From: Azolla caroliniana
Taxonomy: Eukaryota; Plantae; Polypodiophyta
NCBI GenBank assembly: GCA_043228905.1
Contig: JBHGNT010000051.1
Location: 62,001 to 126,000, forward strand
Length of the DNA stretch: 64,000 nt
Direction of reading: 5' to 3'
The translations under genes and the position numbers were made by a program. This document shows, one piece after another, positions 61,101-64,000 of this stretch; positions within the stretch are counted from its first letter, which is position 1; each line of letters begins with the position of its first letter. Under the pieces are notes generated by a model, which saw only the letters and a list, made by a program, of their open reading frames with translations, made no database searches and had not been told where the DNA came from.

Positions 61101-63486
61101 ACTCCTGGAACTGCCCCCGGTATTCCCCTCCGTTATCCGCTCGTATCGCTTTCAGCTTCTTGCCGGATTCCCTTTCCACTCTCGCGTGGAGTTCTTTGAA
61201 GACGCACAACACTTGGTCCTTTGTCTTCAACGGTGCCGTCCACAGCTTCCGGCTGTGATCATCAATGAATGTTACGAAGTACTGGGCTCCGCCATGTGAC
61301 TTCGTTTCTACCTGACACACATCAGTGTGCACCAACTCCAATGGTGCGCTACGTCTCGTCGGTGGCCTTGAGTGGAAGGAGGTTCGGTTCTGTTTACCGG
61401 CCAGGCAATCGGTGCACTTCTCCAGGTGCACATGTTTCACTGGAATAAGGTTGTCTTCTGCAAGCCTCTTCATCCCCTTCTCACTCATGTGGCACAGTCT
61501 TTTGTGCCACAGCTCACCGGCAGTGTCGGTTGCCACATTCAGCTCTTCCGGACATAACCAGGCATTCATCAGGTACAGTGTGTTGACTTTCCGGGCCCGA
61601 GCCACTATCAGGCTCCCCTTGCTGAACTTCATTACGCCGTTCCGGATGCTACCTGTGTAGCCTTCATCGTCTAGCCTCCCGGCCGAAATCAGGTTCAATC
61701 TAACCTCCGGAACGTGTCGGACATCCTTCAGCAGCATTTTGCATCCGGTCGGGGTTGTCAACCACACGTCTCCGATGCCGGCAATCCGGCACGTGCCTTC
61801 ATTTCCCATCCGAACACAGCCATGCTCACCGGCTGTGTAGGAAGAGAAGTATCTTCTCTCCGGGGTCAGGTGGAACGATGCTCCGGAATCGACCACCCAG
61901 GTCGTCTCATCGCCGGCAATGTTTACTTCACTTTCTTCGGTGATGAGCATGATTTCTTCCTCACTTGCCGCGAGTGCCATTGTTCCTTTCCGGTCCTACC
62001 CTCGCCGATCCGAACCTCTCCGGTCCGTGGCTCCCCGGTATGCACCGTTTCTCTCCGGTGACTTCTTCGAATCGGTGTCGTCGGCTCCGTTGTCTTTTCG
62101 GTAATGCCGACAATTCTTTCGGAAGTGCCCCGGCTTCCCACAGTGGAAGCATGTGGGCCTTCCTCTTGACTGCGACCGGGTCCCAGACTTCTCCCGTCTT
62201 TGCGGACTCCGGTTCCATTGCCTTCCCCGATCCGATTCGGTAAGCAGCGCCTTCGAGTCGGAGGCCGGTTCTTTATCTCTCCGACGCGCTTCTTCGTTCA
62301 AAATACTTGTCTTTACCGTTTGCAAGGACAAGTTATCTTCTGTGCAGGAGGTGCTGAGAGTCACCACCAAGTTCTCCCAGCTTTCCGGCAATGTACACAT
62401 CAGGATGATGGCTTGCATTGCATCCTCCAACGGGAACTTGATCGCCGCAAGCTGATTCACGAATCCCATGAACGTGCTTACGTGTTCCACCATACTCTCG
62501 CTGTCCCGGTACTTGAGATTCACTATCTTCCTCATCAGGGAGGTCCGGTTCAACGCATTCTTCCTCTCGTAGAGGCCCGACAGCTTCTTCCACATCTCAT
62601 ATGCGTTGGTGTCGTTTGCCACATGTTGTAGGACGCTTACATCGACATATTGTCGGATCGTCGCTACGGCTTTCCGGTTCAGGAGCTTCCACTCCGACTC
62701 AAGTACCCCTTTCGGTATTTCCGACCTGTCAATCGGTTCGTACAGGTCCCGAACAATCAGAAGATCCTCCATCTTGATCTTCCAGTCGGCGTAATTCTGC
62801 GCATTCAGCACCATCATCCCCGGCTGCCCGCTGCCGCCGCCTTCCATTTTCTGCAGCAGTTTGCTCTGATACCAGTTTGTTGGGAATCGATGCTTCGATT
62901 CACCTTCTTCACTCGGCCACAACCGAGTAATCGCGGATCAATGCAGCAGAAAATAGAAACCAAAAGAGAGAAACACACGAGTACACAGGGATTAACGTGG
63001 AAAACCCTAGATGGGAAAAACCACGGGAGTACAAGACTCCAAACAACACTATACAAGAGAAGTATACAATGACGAGCTCCAAGGCGACGACCTTGAGCTC
63101 GCTGTCCTCGCCACAGGCGGCGGAAATACACAGAGGCGTCGTCCTCTTCCTCTCTCGCGCTCTATCTCTCACTCTGTCTCACGGCTGCTCCCTCTTCACT
63201 CCTCTTGAGTGGAAAAACAGAAAAATGATAAGCAACAACAAAACAGTTTGCCCTAAGTCATATTTATACATATATGACTTTGGGGCTATTTACAACTATA
63301 GCCTCAGGGGCCCATAGCAGACATATTCACGGATATGTCCCTGTATTCGGATCGCTCTCCGGGTACATTCGTCATCCGGCTCCGAAGTCGGGGTCTTCAT
63401 CATCCGGTTCCGAAACCAAAACCGGGCTTGTCGGCATTCATCTCCGACATCCGACCATCCCATCCGAAGGGACCGTAATCCCAACA
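58156..63486 (-). mobile_element. Full-length young Ty1/copia element (copy 3)
   Basis: 609-bp LTRs 58156-58764 and 62878-63486 (one difference seen); TSD CTATT at 58151-58155 and 63487-63491; PBS 62863-62874; PPT 58765-58777. Confidence 0.97.
58775..62847 (-). pseudogene. gag-pol: Copia gag-pol with an in-frame TAG at ~61996 and a frameshift at ~60562
   Basis: ORFs 61996..62922, 60562..61980 and 58775..60475 together cover gag, PR-IN and RT-RH. Confidence 0.93.
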
Positions 63487-64000
63487 CTATTTTGGCGACC
63501 ACGATGGGATGATTCATGTGCATTGACAAGCAACGGGGTAACACCATTCTCCGATAATGTGCGCATCTCTTCCTCCATTGTGGCACGTCAGTTCACGTCT
63601 TTCGCCGCTTCTGCGTAACTCTCCGGCTCACGCACTTCCGTCACTCGCGTCATGTACGCATAATGGTGCGCCATGTACTCATTATACCCGTACCTCTTTA
63701 CGGGGTTCTTCTAGCGGGTAGATCGGCATAATTCGTGATTACCTGATTTGGTGACCTTTTCGGCTACCGTCGACCTCTTCCGTAGAGGTTCCTTTTCAGT
63801 TTGCCCATAGTCAGACTCGCTCCGATCTGACTCGGCGCTGCCGAAGTCGTATTCCGGCATTTTCTTCTTGCCTTTTTCCTTGCACGTAAGTCGTCTCCTC
63901 GGCTTCCTGCAAGGGGAATGCACAACCGAGTCTCCACTACTCGTCGTCGCATCATCTGGTTGGTCATCTCGGCCCAACCCCTCATTCGGCCCGCTTAGCC

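Larger units (their letters stand above)
55207..63543 (+). mobile_element. Non-coding LTR-like element (tRNA-Arg-type PBS) with partly dissimilar LTRs; hosts copia copy 3
   Basis: TSD CCATT at 55202-55206 and 63544-63548; ~325-bp direct repeat 55207-55531/57656-57981; shared terminus ACGGGGTAACA at 55717-55727 and 63533-63543; TGGCACGCCCGTGGGA at 55733. Confidence 0.7.
53068..64000 (-). mobile_element. Degraded copia of the 41327 family (3' LTR 53068-53467), interrupted at 55207-63543, continuing past the window
   Basis: LTR is the reverse complement of the 41327-type LTR; RT/RH ORF 54245..55018; frame MEEEMRTLSENG|TWDMVDAPKG rejoins across the CCATT duplication. Confidence 0.88.

Noticed and set aside
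61996-61998. Programmed stop-codon readthrough between gag and pol
   Set aside because: Copy 2 has CAG (Gln) at this position, so a C>T mutation is simpler.

Overview
Repeat-saturated eukaryotic heterochromatin, plant-like and probably a non-seed land plant (inference from the TE families); there are no ordinary host genes. Main contents: (1) three related full-length Ty1/copia elements with both LTRs, tRNA-iMet PBS, PPT and 5-bp TSDs (2462-8075 -, 15026-23697 +, 58156-63486 -), all with coding lesions, plus a related solo LTR and older degraded copia copies. (2) Ty3/gypsy fragments and non-autonomous elements, including a gag-only element with a tRNA-Trp PBS, 4-bp TSD and tRNA-like A/B boxes in its LTRs. 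(3) An apparently endonuclease-less Penelope-like retroelement with a minimal hammerhead ribozyme and telomere-like repeats. (4) About 12 kb of 178/189-bp satellite in three subfamilies with a polarity switch. (5) Most interesting: a module inside a satellite monomer (13430-28832) with an intact 924-aa DDD-type transposase-like ORF, a divergent intron-containing gene encoding a ParB/Srx-like domain, and between them six 25-bp palindromes phased at 51 bp, resembling a ParB/parS-like cassette on a eukaryotic mobile element. Coordinates were read by eye and family calls are from motif recognition, not database searches.
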